This document shows positions 38,210 through 50,725 of a stretch of DNA of 64,000 bases, piece after piece. Position numbers and translations under genes: made by a program. The notes beneath the pieces are model-generated. The model ran no database searches and was not told where the DNA came from. It saw only the letters and a program-made list of their open reading frames with translations. Source of the stretch: Phoronis australis (taxonomy: Eukaryota > Animalia > Phoronida); contig NMRA01000030.1 in NCBI GenBank assembly GCA_002633005.1, positions 779,491 through 843,490 of the forward strand. Reading direction: 5' to 3'. Position 1 is the stretch's first letter. Each line of letters opens with the position of its first letter.

Positions 38210-38991
38210 CTGGCCCATGGCCCTGCAGTCTGGTATTGTCTGTCATTAATGGGCATGTTGGCCCGTGGCCCTGTAGTCTTGTACTGTCTGTCAACCAATG
38301 GGCATGCTGGCCCAAGGCCCTGCTGTCTTGTATTTTCTGTCAATCAATGCACATGCTGGCCTATGGCCCTGCTCGCTGGTTTCCTGCATGCTTAGCCCAG
38401 CCAGCACGCAGGTATCACGCAGTGGCATACGCTTTACCATTGGTCAATGTAACTTTGGCAGTCATTGGTTAGCTTTACAACACCATGAAAAAATGGTGGA
38501 CTGTGTTGCCATGCAAGTGGCGTCGCAGCAACTATTTCGTTTCTGCAGTGTTGTTTAATAGCCATGTTCTTGAAGCACATGCATGTACAATAAACACATA
38601 TCTGGCCGATTTAACTGGTGTGTTATTCATACTGTATGAATACAGGACACTATCGTAAACAAAAGTCATCGAAAGTAGAAAGATGCATTCCGAAAAGGCG
38701 CAATCACAATTTCTAGGCTTCACATTTCCTGAACATAAATTGTAAGCACCAATTTGTCTGTACAACAGACCACATTTACACTTCAGTCCATCAGTCATGA
38801 CAATTTGTTTGCGTAAAGTGCCTGTTGAGAATTTGACTAGGCAATCAGAAATGCCGGAGTAAAATAATTTCCCGAGGAAAATCAAGTGATCCCTGCGTGC
38901 TGGTGCAGCTACCGCCCCACCTAGCAGCACGCAGGGAACCAGTGAGATGGCCCTGCTGTCTTGTATTGTCTGTCAACCAATGGGCATGCTC
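38210..38991. repeat. 49-bp minisatellite (GGGCATGCTGGCCCATGGCCCTGCTGTCTTGTATTGTCTGTCAACCAAT) interrupted by a MITE
   Basis: Units start at 38251, 38300 and 38349; the array resumes in register at 38947. Confidence 0.85.
38372..38946. mobile_element. 575-bp MULE/Mutator-type MITE
   Basis: TIRs CTCGCTGGTTTCCTGCATGCT and AGCACGCAGGGAACCAGTGAG (18/21), plus an inner IR pair CCAGCACGCAGGTATCAC / GTGATCCCTGCGTGCTGG. Exact 9-bp TSD ATGGCCCTG at 38363-38371 and 38947-38955. Confidence 0.8.
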
Positions 38992-40236
38992 GTAAGGAAG
39001 CTCACAACCTCACCAACAGTAAACTCACCAAACATATCCTGTAATGCGGTACTGGTTTGCAGTAGTCAATAGTATCTTTATGGTTGTATAGAAAAAAAGT
39101 TGGAAGGCTCCTGAAAATGTGGACACATTTTCCCAGTGTACCCAATTCTCATTCTCCTAAAGTACTCTTACTGTAATGTTACTGTTTTTAGTTGATGTAA
39201 TAGCATGTTGACGATTTATTGAGTCACCTTACGAGCATGAGCATTAGTTGACGACAATATGTGTCAATGGAACAAGCACCTTTAAGCTTTGAATGTTATT
39301 GGTTAAATTAGGAAAATCTTGTGGTACCCATGATGTTTATTGGTGTTGTTGCCATCAAATTTAACCAATGAACATGTTAGAAACCGCCCACAGATAAAAT
39401 GTCTCGGGTAAATTATCCCCAGATTGGTGATACTGAAGTTGTTTCCGAAACTACTGCTGGGGGGCCATATTGAATTGCTCTTGTATACCTTTTGTACGTA
39501 AGGGCCAGCAGTGAGTACCAAGAGGGCCAGTCATTGACCTGCACAGTAATATATGTCCCCTGTGAGCCAATAAAATTCTTTAAACTCCAACATACATGTG
39601 GCACATCTCAGGCCATTTGATGTTGCCTTTGATGGTACCAATGTTTGTAGTGTTGTAAACAAGAGAGTGTTTTGAAAGTTTTGTGACTACTGCATTGTGG
39701 GAGTAATTCTATTCACAAAAGCAGTTGGTATGTGTTATTCTGGGAAAGGTCTGAAATGGCAAGACTGCTGTTGATTGGATTCAATTTACTCCTTGATTCG
39801 TTTAAATACTTCATTGATTTTATGTCTGCTGTCTGTGTGATGTTGAAAATTGACATTGACAAATCAAGAAACATTCTCCTCCTCATGACATAAAAGATGG
39901 CTCTCATTTCTGGTCAAAAGTTGTTATATGGTACATGGTGAGTGATGTTACAGTGGAGGAATTGAACTGGTTTAGTCATCATTCACACTTACTATTTGTT
40001 TTAGAGAAAAAACTTTCCAACATCTGAAACTGAATTGCTACTGAAATGTTAATATTTTATAGGTCAGATTTAATTTCTGTAAATTGTGTATATACTTAAA
40101 AAAATTACTGCTTGTACATTAAAAACTTGCCCCCTCCCACCCAGGGGAAAATTTTGTATTTGCCTCTAAAAACAAGCATTTTCCTTGATTTCTGAAGTAT
40201 TTTCAATGAAAAATAAAACACTGAGAATATGACTGT

Positions 40237-40310
40237 AAAAATGGATGGACTCGAACTCTCGACCTATTGGTTAGAGCGCTCATGCTCATCTACTTCGCCA
40301 TCATGCTTCC
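40237..40310 (-). other. tRNA-derived Pol III promoter-like sequence (SINE head or pseudo-tRNA)
   Basis: Minus strand shows A-box-like TGGCGAAGTAG, B-box GTTCGAGTCC, then TTTTT. No clean cloverleaf. Confidence 0.45.
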
Positions 40311-42604
40311 AGCTAAAATGTCTTGCTGAAAGACATACTTGTTTATGTTCCACGTGTTTGTGTGCGAACCTGCTTCTTTCCGTAATACTTAATACACTCT
40401 TTGTATTTTGTGCAACCAGTTCGTAACAAAAGTTATTGTGTTTTAAAGTGTCTTAAGTTCCCCAAAAGACCAAATCCATTTTTCGTGTTGGCATTAATGA
40501 CACGATTGCTTTGCAAAGCATCTTAATTTTAATGTTTGATAAAAAGAGAATTATGAGGATTTAATTAAATTTACATCTTACCAACAGCTTATGTTTTTTC
40601 ATCGTTGCTCAAACTCCGTTTACTTTGTAAAAAACAATTTTCTTCATTGCACAGTGGAGCAGATGACAGAAACGGAGTGGTAGTGCGCAGTGCCACTGCC
40701 AACCGCCTGGGATTTCACGCACATATTGACTGGGAGCAGCATTACTTAGCCATAGTTCCGGACACTTGAAATCGGGTCTGAGCTCCCCCACGCTCACACA
40801 CAAACTAAAACTCCACACATTGTCAAATCTTGTCTCAGTTGTATAAGGTTAGTTGTCAAGATTAATTAAGAAACTCAATATTTCTTTACGCTTTTGCTGT
40901 TTTATTTTTTTGCGGCAGCCAAGGGAGGGGGACCCTGCCCCCCCAAATACACCTATGTAAATTGTAAAACAAATATTGCTCCTTTTTTCATGTCATCTTG
41001 GCTGAAACACTTTTTCATTTATAGGGTCATTGTTTGCGGAAGAACATCTGGGCTTATACTTGGGATACAAGAAAGGTAAAAATACTCCCATTTTCTGAAT
41101 AGATGCTTTGGGGGTTAATATTGTATTATTGATTAGTAAATATGAATATTTTGTTTATGTATTAGACAAATTAGTGAGACCATTTACAATCAAGCATGTG
41201 CAGTAAATTAGATGGAGTAAACATTTCATTTTCATACAGGTAGGAGTAAACAAGTGTCTGTAGTTTACCTTGGTCGGTGGTATGCATTGTAGGTTCTGTT
41301 CATATAACATTATTGTATTCTCGACTATTTCTCGTGCTGTGAACCCATCCTTTTAGATTTTGTAGGACCACAACATGTCATAGTGAACTCTATTCAATGT
41401 ATTTGTATCAGAGCAGACCTGAACTATTGTGTAACATTAATTAGCAACAGATTGTCAAAAATATGCTGATTTTTTTCAAGAAAGAATTTAATTTTATGAA
41501 ATAGAAGTATTGATTTTTGTTGAGCATATTTACGGGTTCGCCTTCTGTGTAAAGAAAATAATTATCTTTAATTAACCAGCTGACAACATGCTAAACAAAT
41601 TTGTCAACACAAATTTTTCTTCCAATATATTTAATTCTTTTTAAATCGCTCAACGTGGCAGTAAAAACCTAATTCCATGAAGAGTATATGTTAAACCACT
41701 ACAGCTGACATGTTTAATACAAATGTGATCACACACTCATTAGAAGCGCTTCGCAGTTATTAACACAAATTAGAATTTAGACACGCAAATTGCTGCAAAG
41801 CCTGTAATTGCTATAAGCCGGTTAGAAAAGAAATATGGAAATCCCAACTATAGATTTTAATATTAAATGACATGCACAGCAGAAACTCAATCCGCTCTTT
41901 GGGTATTTTCAAATCGCTGATTTGTCTAAACATCACAAAACAGTTCCTTGCTTTTGATTCAGTGTGATTGTATTGATCGGTACAGTCAGTTGTCACTTTG
42001 AGTTGAGACTTGGTATGACCAACTCTGCCTACACCTGGCTGTATGTATTGAGGAACAATGGTTAGATTGTGATTACTCATGGGGGACCTAATTAGTTACT
42101 AATACTAGCACAAATAACAGCTTGTTTGTATGTGTATATTTGATAGTTTGCATTATTTTTACTTTTGTTTGTCATTCCTCAGTTACTTTGCTTAAGAGTA
42201 CAGTACTTGCCTGGCTTAATGCCCAGGTTGCTCTCAATATTGGTTAACTCAGAAATCAGGTGTTATTGTCTGTTTACTGAGCAGTTGGTTCATTTATATA
42301 TGTGGACTTTTGTACATATGTAACATAATAACAGACTAGATGGGTCCCTTCTCTTCAGCATATGGTGTTGCTAAAACAAAACATTAGTTGTTACTCAAAA
42401 GTAAGTGAGTTATGTGGGTTGCTAGAGATAAATGTGTGTGAGAGTCATTTACAAACAAGGACATTTTGAAGGAAATTACTTTGTATCAATTGGTGATAAA
42501 AACTAAGCTGAGCATTTGGCATTTAAAATTGAAACTTTGCAAATTTTGTGGTTAGGCATTAAACCAAAGATGGGTGTTAACCAACATGAGTGCAGTAATT
42601 GGCA

Positions 42605-44020
42605 TTTTTATGTGCCCACATATGCATACATCATCACTGTCAGTGGGTATCCAGCTTGTAGGCGATGGGGAGGGGGAGGTGTCCACTGCTGTAGGACTTC
42701 AGTGAGATTTGGTAGACAGACAGACCGCAGTATTACTGTGCCTCTTGGTGGCAATTTTGATTTTTTGGCTCTGATCGATTTTTTATGAAATGTGGTATGC
42801 TTCCCATTGATCTTGTTAATGCCAAGCACTTTGCTACAAATAATGAAAATTCAAAGGGGCAATAAACCTGCCTTCTATTAAAAACTGACTTTTGATTGAG
42901 GTCTTGTTCCTATTCTCCTGACTTGGATAGAGAGAATTTGTGGGCTTAAGACAGTTCGTTATTGCTCGATGTCAAGCTCGATAATTGACTTGTATTAGCC
43001 TATCATTTTATGCACTGAGAGTAGTCTCAACCACTACCTTATCTGAGTAAAGGGACATTTTGAGACCAATATTTTCTGGCTGAAAGTTATCTAAATCAAA
43101 TGTTATTTTTTGATGACCAAAGCAGTTAATATCCACTTTAGCCATATCTGTGGCAACACACAATATTATTCATTTTAATAAAAGAGTAAAATCTGTTTAT
43201 TCTTAATTTTTGTTACCGGCCTGTGTATACATGTGTGGGTTATTATTGCCATCTTCTTGGTGTGTCTGGTATCTGGCATCTGACATCTGCTGCTGTATCT
43301 TCAGAACCCTTCAATCTATGTCCATAAAATCGTGAAGACAAATTGGTAGCATTGATGGGTTAGCATGTGCAAATGCGCAAATTTTCGGGCTGATTCAACT
43401 GCCAACTGTGCCCCCTAGAGGCAATTTCATTTTTATACATTTCCCATGTACTTGAGTTCCTGGATGGATTTTTGTGATATTAGGTAAATGTATTTATATG
43501 TTAAGCAGACAACCTCACCTTTCCATTCTACACAGTATGCAGCCCCCCCTTGTTGCCATTTTTGTTATGTTCGAATTTTATTTTTGAATTCCACCCTTCT
43601 GTCTGTCAAACTGCTTGAAGGATCATTATGAAGATGTGTTCCCATTTCAGGCAAATTTTGACTATGGTGTTCAGCACCCCCTGTGGCTAATTTATAATTT
43701 TTATGTCTGTATTTGTCACCCGCCTCCCGAACTCCAAACCATATGGGGATGAGAATTTTGAGATATCCAGTTAGATATATAGAACTTCGCTAAATCGGAG
43801 TTAACAATTCCAGTATTCATTTCAATTTTTTCTTCTATTCACCAACCCGTTGACAAAGACCTTCATGCTTGGAATAAGTGTACCTATTGGGGAGAGTAAT
43901 TACCCAATGTTTATTTTTGGATGATCCTAACTACAGTTATGTTTTCTTGTGGCAGTTTTAGTTTTCTTTGCATCTACATTAATACCTTGTGTTGGGTGGT
44001 GGATTTTTATAATTCTAAAT
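42605..44020 (+). mobile_element. Two highly degenerate HINE-like remnants (about 42605-42830 and 43206-44020)
   Basis: TTTTTATGTGCCCACATAT start. Motifs GTGCCTCTTGGTGGCAATTTT and GTGCCCCCTAGAGGCAATTT, and TTCCACCCTTCTGTCTGTCAAACTGCTTGAAGGATCATTATGAA, match the central units of 29139-31131. Confidence 0.55.
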
Positions 44021-44289
44021 TTGGCTGACTTCAAAACTTCATTCTCAGAAGTGGCTGATCAGTTTCATATGTAACTTTCACATGCTGTTTTATGATTGTT
44101 TTTAAAATGTTCCACCTTTGTACGAGAGGCTTTAAAATTAGATGTTTTATAATTTTTGTGAAAAAAGTCGTAAAGTTACATGAAATGAAATAACATTTTA
44201 GTAAACTATTACAGTTATACAGCAATTTTGAGATTGCTTCTTGAACTCTTAGGCTACATCAGCAAAATTTGGCCATGTTCTTGATATTG

Positions 44290-45076
44290 AATAATGGAAA
44301 GTTACCTTTTGGAGTCGTGAAGTTTATATTGAGACCACTAGCTTTCGGTCTCATCTCGAGACCTTCATTGAGTGGAATGGCAGGTAACTGGAGCCGCGCC
44401 TTATCTGTTATGTCATAATTGTCATGAGTCATGTGATAAGATCTCTGTCGGATCATCGGGAACAAGTTCTGGTAGATGGCGGAAAAGATGTAGCCCGAGT
44501 CTTTGTTAAGAGATGGAGCATGCCAGTGGATTTCCACCGCTTCAGCTATCTTTCTGCACCAGTACTTGTTCTCTCTCACTAAAACGGTAGCATTGTCTGT
44601 TGAGATACTGTGTGACGTCTGACAACAGCGTTCGCTTATCGCAGACGCAATGTTGGTAGATGTACTTAAGTGTTCGTTGATCCTAGTGCTGAGGTTCCTA
44701 GCAGTCTCACCCACATAACTTGCATTGCAGTCAGCTCAGTCGATCTTGAAGATACACTGCAATTACGGCAACCATCAGACTTGTGGATGGGGTGAACCAG
44801 TAGACTCCTCAGGGTGTTAAACGTTTTGTGATAACTAACGACTTGGTATTCAAGGAAAACTTTGGTGGTCAGTTTCTCGGAGACACCGTGGACATAGAGT
44901 ATGGTGACTTGAGACTTGTGCTCCGACTGTCCACATGGGTTGCGAAAGAGATCTCATCGCATGAATCGTGACAATTATGACGTAACAGACACAGGCGCGG
45001 CTCCCTTTACCCACCATTCCACTCGACTAGTGGTCTTTATATAACCTTCACGACTCCGAAAGGTAACTTATCATTT
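44290..45076 (-). mobile_element. Penelope-like retroelement 3' fragment: decayed GIY-YIG endonuclease flanked by inverted pseudo-LTRs
   Basis: Minus strand reads ..LYVHGVSEKL..YHKTFNTLRSLLVHP.. and VGETARNLSTRINEH..SAISE..RKIAEAVEI..PSLNKDSG, matching PLE GIY-YIG motifs. 44293-44446 recurs inverted at 44948-45076. Confidence 0.88.
44335..44375 (-). ncRNA. Minimal type I hammerhead-ribozyme-like motif (degenerate core) in the Penelope pLTR
   Basis: Minus strand CCAC-TCAATGA-A-GGTCTC-GAGAT-GAGACC-GAAA-GCTA-GTGG: stem I, CUGAUGA-like core (non-canonical), perfect 6-bp stem II, GAAA and palindromic AGCT. Minimal hammerheads are an established feature of PLE pLTRs. Confidence 0.6.
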
Positions 45077-48000
45077 TGGTATTCATATTCTAACAGAGTC
45101 AGTGACGTGACCATTCATTCTACTGTTTTTTATATTGTTTGCCTAGGAATGTACCTTTCTTCCTTGCTACCCTAATTTTTTTTAAAAAGACATGGTCATG
45201 TGACCCAATAAATTGCAGATTGGTATAAACCTAAAAATCGATTTCGGTAGGCTTTCTGCTTTCAAAAAATTCGGTGCCATAAAATACGGTACGGTGAAAA
45301 TACGAAACGGTAAAAATTCACCAATTTGGGGCAATCTCTAGAATTTAGGACAATCTTTATTATTTAGTAATAAAATTTCTTGATTCAGGTATTTGGGACA
45401 AGGGCGGTTTTGGTTTTCACCATATTTCTCAATTCCAAGACAATGTGTCTTCAATCTATAGAGTAGGCAAATTTGCTGTCTATCTAGTGATTCTTGAATT
45501 GTGATGACTAATATGGCCTATTTCTAGACTTTGGGACAAGCTCCGACCTTGAGCAAAATGATTAATTTTTCTCTGTTATACTTTTAGCAAGTTAAAAATC
45601 AATAGTTTTGTAGATATTTGGCTTAGGGGTATCTAGGTAGTTGTGGGTACTTAGAAGACCTTGTTGATGCTTGTGATTTTAGTAATTGATGCTTTTACCA
45701 TGAATTTCTTAATTGGGTCTCCAATACTAAAAACATAAGTGAAATTCCATAGTTGTTCTAGTGATGTTAACATTTGGTACCAATGTGCTCTTTTTCAACT
45801 GCTTGGACAATGACCTAATAGAGGCGGGCAGAACGGATGAGGGTTCCTCACCAACTAAGAATTACCCAAATCATGACACTTTTTGTCACCTGTTGGTAAA
45901 ATGACATGTTTACACCTGTGCCCCTTTTGAGGTACTGGATCCGCCTACGAACTTAACTGAACTTTTAAGAAAAGAGGTCATTCACTGAACTTTAAGTGCT
46001 GTTGTTTTGCAGGGTTTCTAGTGGTATTGATGAAGTAACCAAGGAACATAACTTTGTCTATTTCAATGGTGATTTAAATAATTACTAGCAGGTACTAGCA
46101 GCCTGCTGTTAAGCAAAATGCTCTGATGCAATCAATGTGTGTTAAGTGCACTTAGACCTGTCTGCGAGTGCACTTGTGCCATAGCATACAAGTCTAATTG
46201 CTTCGTTTCCATATGGATGATTTACTGCAAAACATTTAATCAACTGGCAGGATATAACAAATAATAAACTCATATTAAGATTTAATTTGCTGCAAACCAG
46301 TTCACCTCCATGATGAAAATCCATCATTCATTGAGTGACAGCTGGTAGCTATAGTGGATATTTAGCATAGTGTTCTGTACCTTCATATTGGCTTGGTTCC
46401 ATCCAATTCATCACTTGGCAGTTGTTCTTGTTTCTGAAATTTTGTTTTACAGGCAGTTCAATATTTTGAATTGTGAATTTAAAACAAATAATTTTCAGCA
46501 ATGGTTGCAGCTGCACTTGTGTCACATCTGCAACTATCTCTTTTTTGAAGAATTTCAGTTAGGTTAAATTTAAAATCCCTGACTTAAACTGCGATGATCA
46601 CAACTCCACAGTTTAATCCACCTATGTTGGGAGGAGTTGTGATCATCCTCCTGGGGTCTAGTATCTGTACTCAAAAATGAACTTGAAAACTGACCAGTCG
46701 CAAGGCACGTTTCAAGTAAACTGCATTGAATCATGCGGCATAATTGGTTAGGTTCAGTGTCTGAATCTAAGTTGAATCTGTGTTGGGAATTTGAGTCTGG
46801 GCCCTGGTGTGTGAGAGGCTAAATCCACACCAGAGGGAGTAATTGTTGAACATGCTACTCACGTATTCAATCAAGAGTGCTAATCAAGAGTGCTAATCAT
46901 CTTGGCCATGTTGTTTAACGCAGTGCTCTGGCAGTAACTCCGATGTTGCTTGCTCAGGAGAGGAGTTGGTGAGAAAGGTTAGTGGCCTTGAGATGAAGTT
47001 TTGATTGACCTTAAGTTTCCCTCATGTTAAAGTGATGTAAGTCTGCTGAATTCGTCTGAATGGAGGTTGGCTTATTTACTGTGCAGATGAAAGAGTTCAT
47101 TCCAAATTTTTCTGTCTTAATTTAAAACAGACTCAAAGAACCCATGCATATCGCTATGGTAACTGTTTGAAGCAATTTTGATGGATATCTTTTGCATCTG
47201 CTTCCTCCCATCTATCCAAACTTTTTTCTGACATTTATCGTCTTCGTTTTTTCAAACATCAAAAAGTCAATTTGTGCGATAGTAGTCTGAATGCTCTCTA
47301 GAGTTCTTCCTAGCAGCAGAGCTAGTGGCTGTATCTTATCCCCTTTATTTAACGGCAATTTTCACCAATGTCAGTAGTTTTATGAACCAAAGGATATGTT
47401 ACTGCAGTTGAGACAGCCATGTTGAACAAAAGTGAACAATATTGGTGGTTCTAATTTCATGAAGGTGGCTCTCGTGTTGAGGAAGTGGGAGTGTTCAAAG
47501 TATGGTTGTTCAATTGAGGAATGTAGTGGCTCAAAATATCGTTAGTGTTTTGGCTTAAAATTTGGAAGTTGATGGTGATATTAATGAATTGTATTTCTTT
47601 CTTGCTTAGTATCTAGAAATGTGATAAACCAGGTTAATGGAGAACAGTGTCATCTTCAAGTTAAGGTAGTTTTGGTTACATGTTAACTAAGAGAACATTT
47701 GAGTTAGCAAAGGTCATAGGTTCACTGCTCACAGGTAAGTTGTGTCATGAAATCTGGCATATCTAGCCATGACAGCACCAATTCCAGCTGTTTTACTTAT
47801 TCTGCACTCTTTAGTGGCGCAGTGCAATGATCCAGGAGTCCTGGTATAGCTCATTGCCCAGAGGTATAACAGACACAAATGCTTACATGGTTACTTATCT
47901 TGAACCTGCAAATACTGAACTGGGCATCCTTAGCTACGACGTCTGATTTTGTGTCAGGGTGTCCATTTGTTGCGCCCTTCTTTAGGGAAATTCTTGGTAA

Positions 48001-48490
48001 GAAAAATAGTTTACTGAGATAGGAAGTAGCGTGGATTGAACGAAGCGTGCAGTACCAGCTGAATGCTGTGTGAACATAAGCAGCCAATACTTCTTTGATG
48101 TTTGTGATGCACATGGTTGGCAGATAACAACAGCCCGTGTTGCTCAGTGTCTTGTGCAGTCTGGAGGTAGGACATGCCCCATAAGAAGTCTGACAATGAA
48201 TCATACTCTCTTGTGCAGTCTGTGGGTAGGACACGCACCATAAGAAGTGTTACAGAATTATACTCTCTTGTGCAAATGGATGAGTTGATGAATGTGTGTT
48301 CCTGTTTTTGGCACTTTAAAGGAGAATACCACCCAGTTTAATTAATCTTTTTACCGTCTTAATTGGTCTATATCCACATCGCCTCTTATACTGTCGACCT
48401 CACCTTGCCGAGAGGTGTCGCGTTAATCTCTGAGGAAGTTGAGAAACGAAGCAGTAACATCGGTGGTTTGTCTGCAGAGTGAATGCCTCT

Positions 48491-48735
48491 ATAGTGCGTT
48501 GCATTGTTCCCCCTTGTCCGAACTATGAAATTGCGAAGAAAGCGGGTATATCGTTTTTTCGACTTCCTCGAGAGCCCAAAATGCTTAGGAAGTGGCTCGC
48601 AGTAGTGAAGAACGAAAGGTACGTTGTTAATAACAAGTATGAGGCCGTATAACATCTCCGTGTCTGTGGCCGGTATTTCGTGGACAGTGATTTCTCTGAC
48701 GAATTCCAGCTTACCAAAAAACCATCCATACGTTC
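48491..48735 (+). pseudogene. Decayed THAP zinc-finger domain of a Kolobok transposase (not in the ORF track)
   Basis: Hand translation: (I/M)VRCIVPPCPNYEIAKKAGISFFRLPREPKMLRKWLAVVKNERYVVNNKYEAV*HLRVCGRYFVDSDF. This fits the THAP pattern C-x4-C..F.LP......W....RVC..HF...DF. Presumed start ATG>ATA, stop at 48650, His>Tyr at 48674. Confidence 0.8.
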
Positions 48736-48739
48736 CGTT

Positions 48740-48882
48740 GCCTGTGCATGTTTACGGCGCCTTTCTTGATGTGTGCATTCCGGTTCGAACTGATAGCCAG
48801 TGAAAGGTAACAAACCGACCCGTGAAGTATTCGTCGAATGAGCTCTTGACTTAGTCGGGACTGGCGCCGAGCGAGTTGCCAT
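48740..48882 (-). pseudogene. Possible N-terminal remnant of the Kolobok accessory ORF (KolX-like), convergent with THAP
   Basis: MATRSAP...LPFTGYQFEPE; the Y-x-FEP motif is recalled from Kolobok second-ORF proteins. Support is limited to this short motif. Confidence 0.4.
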
Positions 48883-49104
48883 GTATGCGTTTATTATTCT
48901 GCATTCTGTTTCAAAATGAATTATTCTCATCCTAACCAATGCTCATAATAAAAATAATTGCAGGCGGTCTGATACACGTTGTACCAGACGTGCACAGGCC
49001 TCGCATGTGGGCCCATTGCACTGATCACCTGGAAATATTTTTATGCTGTATTGATATATGATTAAAACCAAGCTGAGGAGCTAGAAACCTGGCTCAAGGG
49101 TTTA

Positions 49105-49181
49105 GCAGTGTGACCTGGTGGGACTTGAACCCACGAACTCGAGCAAAGAAAGCGGGCACTTATCAACCAGGCCACACTGCC
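49105..49181 (-). other. tRNA-like Pol III cassette inside the Kolobok element
   Basis: Minus strand GGCAGTGTGGCCTGGTTGATAAG...GTGGGTTCAAGTCCCACCAGGTCACACTGC: A-box-like TGGCCTGGTTG, B-box GGTTCAAGTCC, and T-arm GTGGG/CCCAC with a 7-nt loop. Confidence 0.55.
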
Positions 49182-49432
49182 TCCTCTAACCAATGCTTAT
49201 ATAAAACTGAACAAAGTCTGTCTCATTAAATACAAATTTGTAATGCCTTTGCAGTATTTGTGAGTGCAAATGTTGAGAAGCCAGCAATGAATAAACCACT
49301 GCGTTACCAGCCTTTGATGCCAGCAATAAAGGTAATTGACCAGGCACCGAGGCGAGGCCGTGTGAACGCATGCTTATTCAGTGTTTGCTGACAGAAAGCT
49401 TTTGTGAAACAATTACTCAATTTTATATGCTA

Positions 49433-50725
49433 CTAGCCGTTACCCGTGCTTTTGCCCGGGTAACGGCTAGTGGGAAACGCCGAGGGAGTGAAATAGCTCA
49501 GTAAACCTAAGAGTGAACTGAGTGTTCATCGCAAGAGACAGGAATACTTCTTGAAGAGACGGTGTTCAAAGCTTCAAGCAGAATTTCTGTCACTGTCAGA
49601 TTTTAGTAGGCAAGGTGTGCGGCTGCGGGATTCTTTCCCCTTGCAGTACAAATGTTTTTCCGCTGAGAACATTTGACCCTGCCGTAAAACAAAGTACAGT
49701 TATCAGATATTACTCTTTTAAAGTGAAAACTAAGAATGCATTTAAACTATTGTATAACACACATGGTATATAGATGTATTTACAAAAATTGCATCATAAA
49801 TGTACATACTGAGGTAGAAGCCAGCTAGCTGTATGAAGATATCTCGTCAACATACAGCTAGGTAGCCGTGTGTAGACTGCTCCCGCGTTGGACACCGAAA
49901 TTTCACCCAACCCAGGTGCCCAGCTCGTCACCTCGTCATGAAACTTAGAGCTAACAACCTGCAGGGGTGCATGCTGAATCTGGGAATGAACCGACATTCA
50001 CCTTGCCTGTTACAGCCGTTGATAGAAGTAAAAAAATCTAATAAACGTTATTTTTCGTAATTCTTTGCCTTTTGTAACAAAGGAAAATCTGTCCGACCGT
50101 CGTTTTGAATACTCGTGACATGCGCGCGTACGCGCTTTTTCCTAAAATTTTGCGATATCTCTCGAGAGTTTGTTCTGAAATAGGGTTTTCTGGTATTTAA
50201 ATCGTAAAAACTTGTAACGAAATGAAACCACTTCCTATTTTTACGACATGTACGCAACCTCACAGTTGAATGAAGATCATCATGATGGAAATTGGCCAAT
50301 AGGTGACGCAATGGTGCCCAAAAGCACATCGCAATTTTAGCAGTAGAATAACTGTAGAATGCCAATTTTCCAAAACCCGGGTAAATAATTTAGTTTACTT
50401 AAGGAAGACTAAAAAATAATTTTTGGCGGTGACAGGCCCAATGAATTACCGTATGTATGCGACAGAAGCCGGAGGGAGTGAAGCTGACCAAGTGACGTCA
50501 CCCAGGCCATTGAGCTGACCAACTGGCGTCACCAAGGCCAATGCGAAGCTGGCCACCTTCCTTCCGCGTCCGCAAAAAAACGGCCCGAGAGAAAAAACAG
50601 AACACCTCGAATCCAAATAGGGAGCCGGTGCAATACCTGGGACCAAGGCGGTGCCGAAAAAGGCGCAACGAAGGTCTGTAGTGGAGCGAGGGAGTTTGTA
50701 TAAACGATGCATTTTATATAATAGA
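49433..50725 (-). mobile_element. Complete non-autonomous Helitron (1293 bp) nested in the Kolobok
   Basis: Minus strand: A|TCTATTATATAAAATGC at the 5' end (50725) and CCCGGGCAAAAGCACGGG hairpin plus TAACGGCTAG|T at the 3' end (49433). Canonical 5'-TC, 3'-CTAG, AT target and no TSD. Confidence 0.82.

Noticed and set aside
35375-45270. Inverted homologous ~80-bp segments at ~35375-35456 and ~45187-45270 as ends of one 10-kb element
   Set aside because: The terminal-looking ends face so that each element body extends away from the interval; more likely two separate fragments of a dispersed repeat.
49105-49181. Functional tRNA gene
   Set aside because: D- and anticodon arms do not form a canonical cloverleaf; kept only as a tRNA-like cassette.
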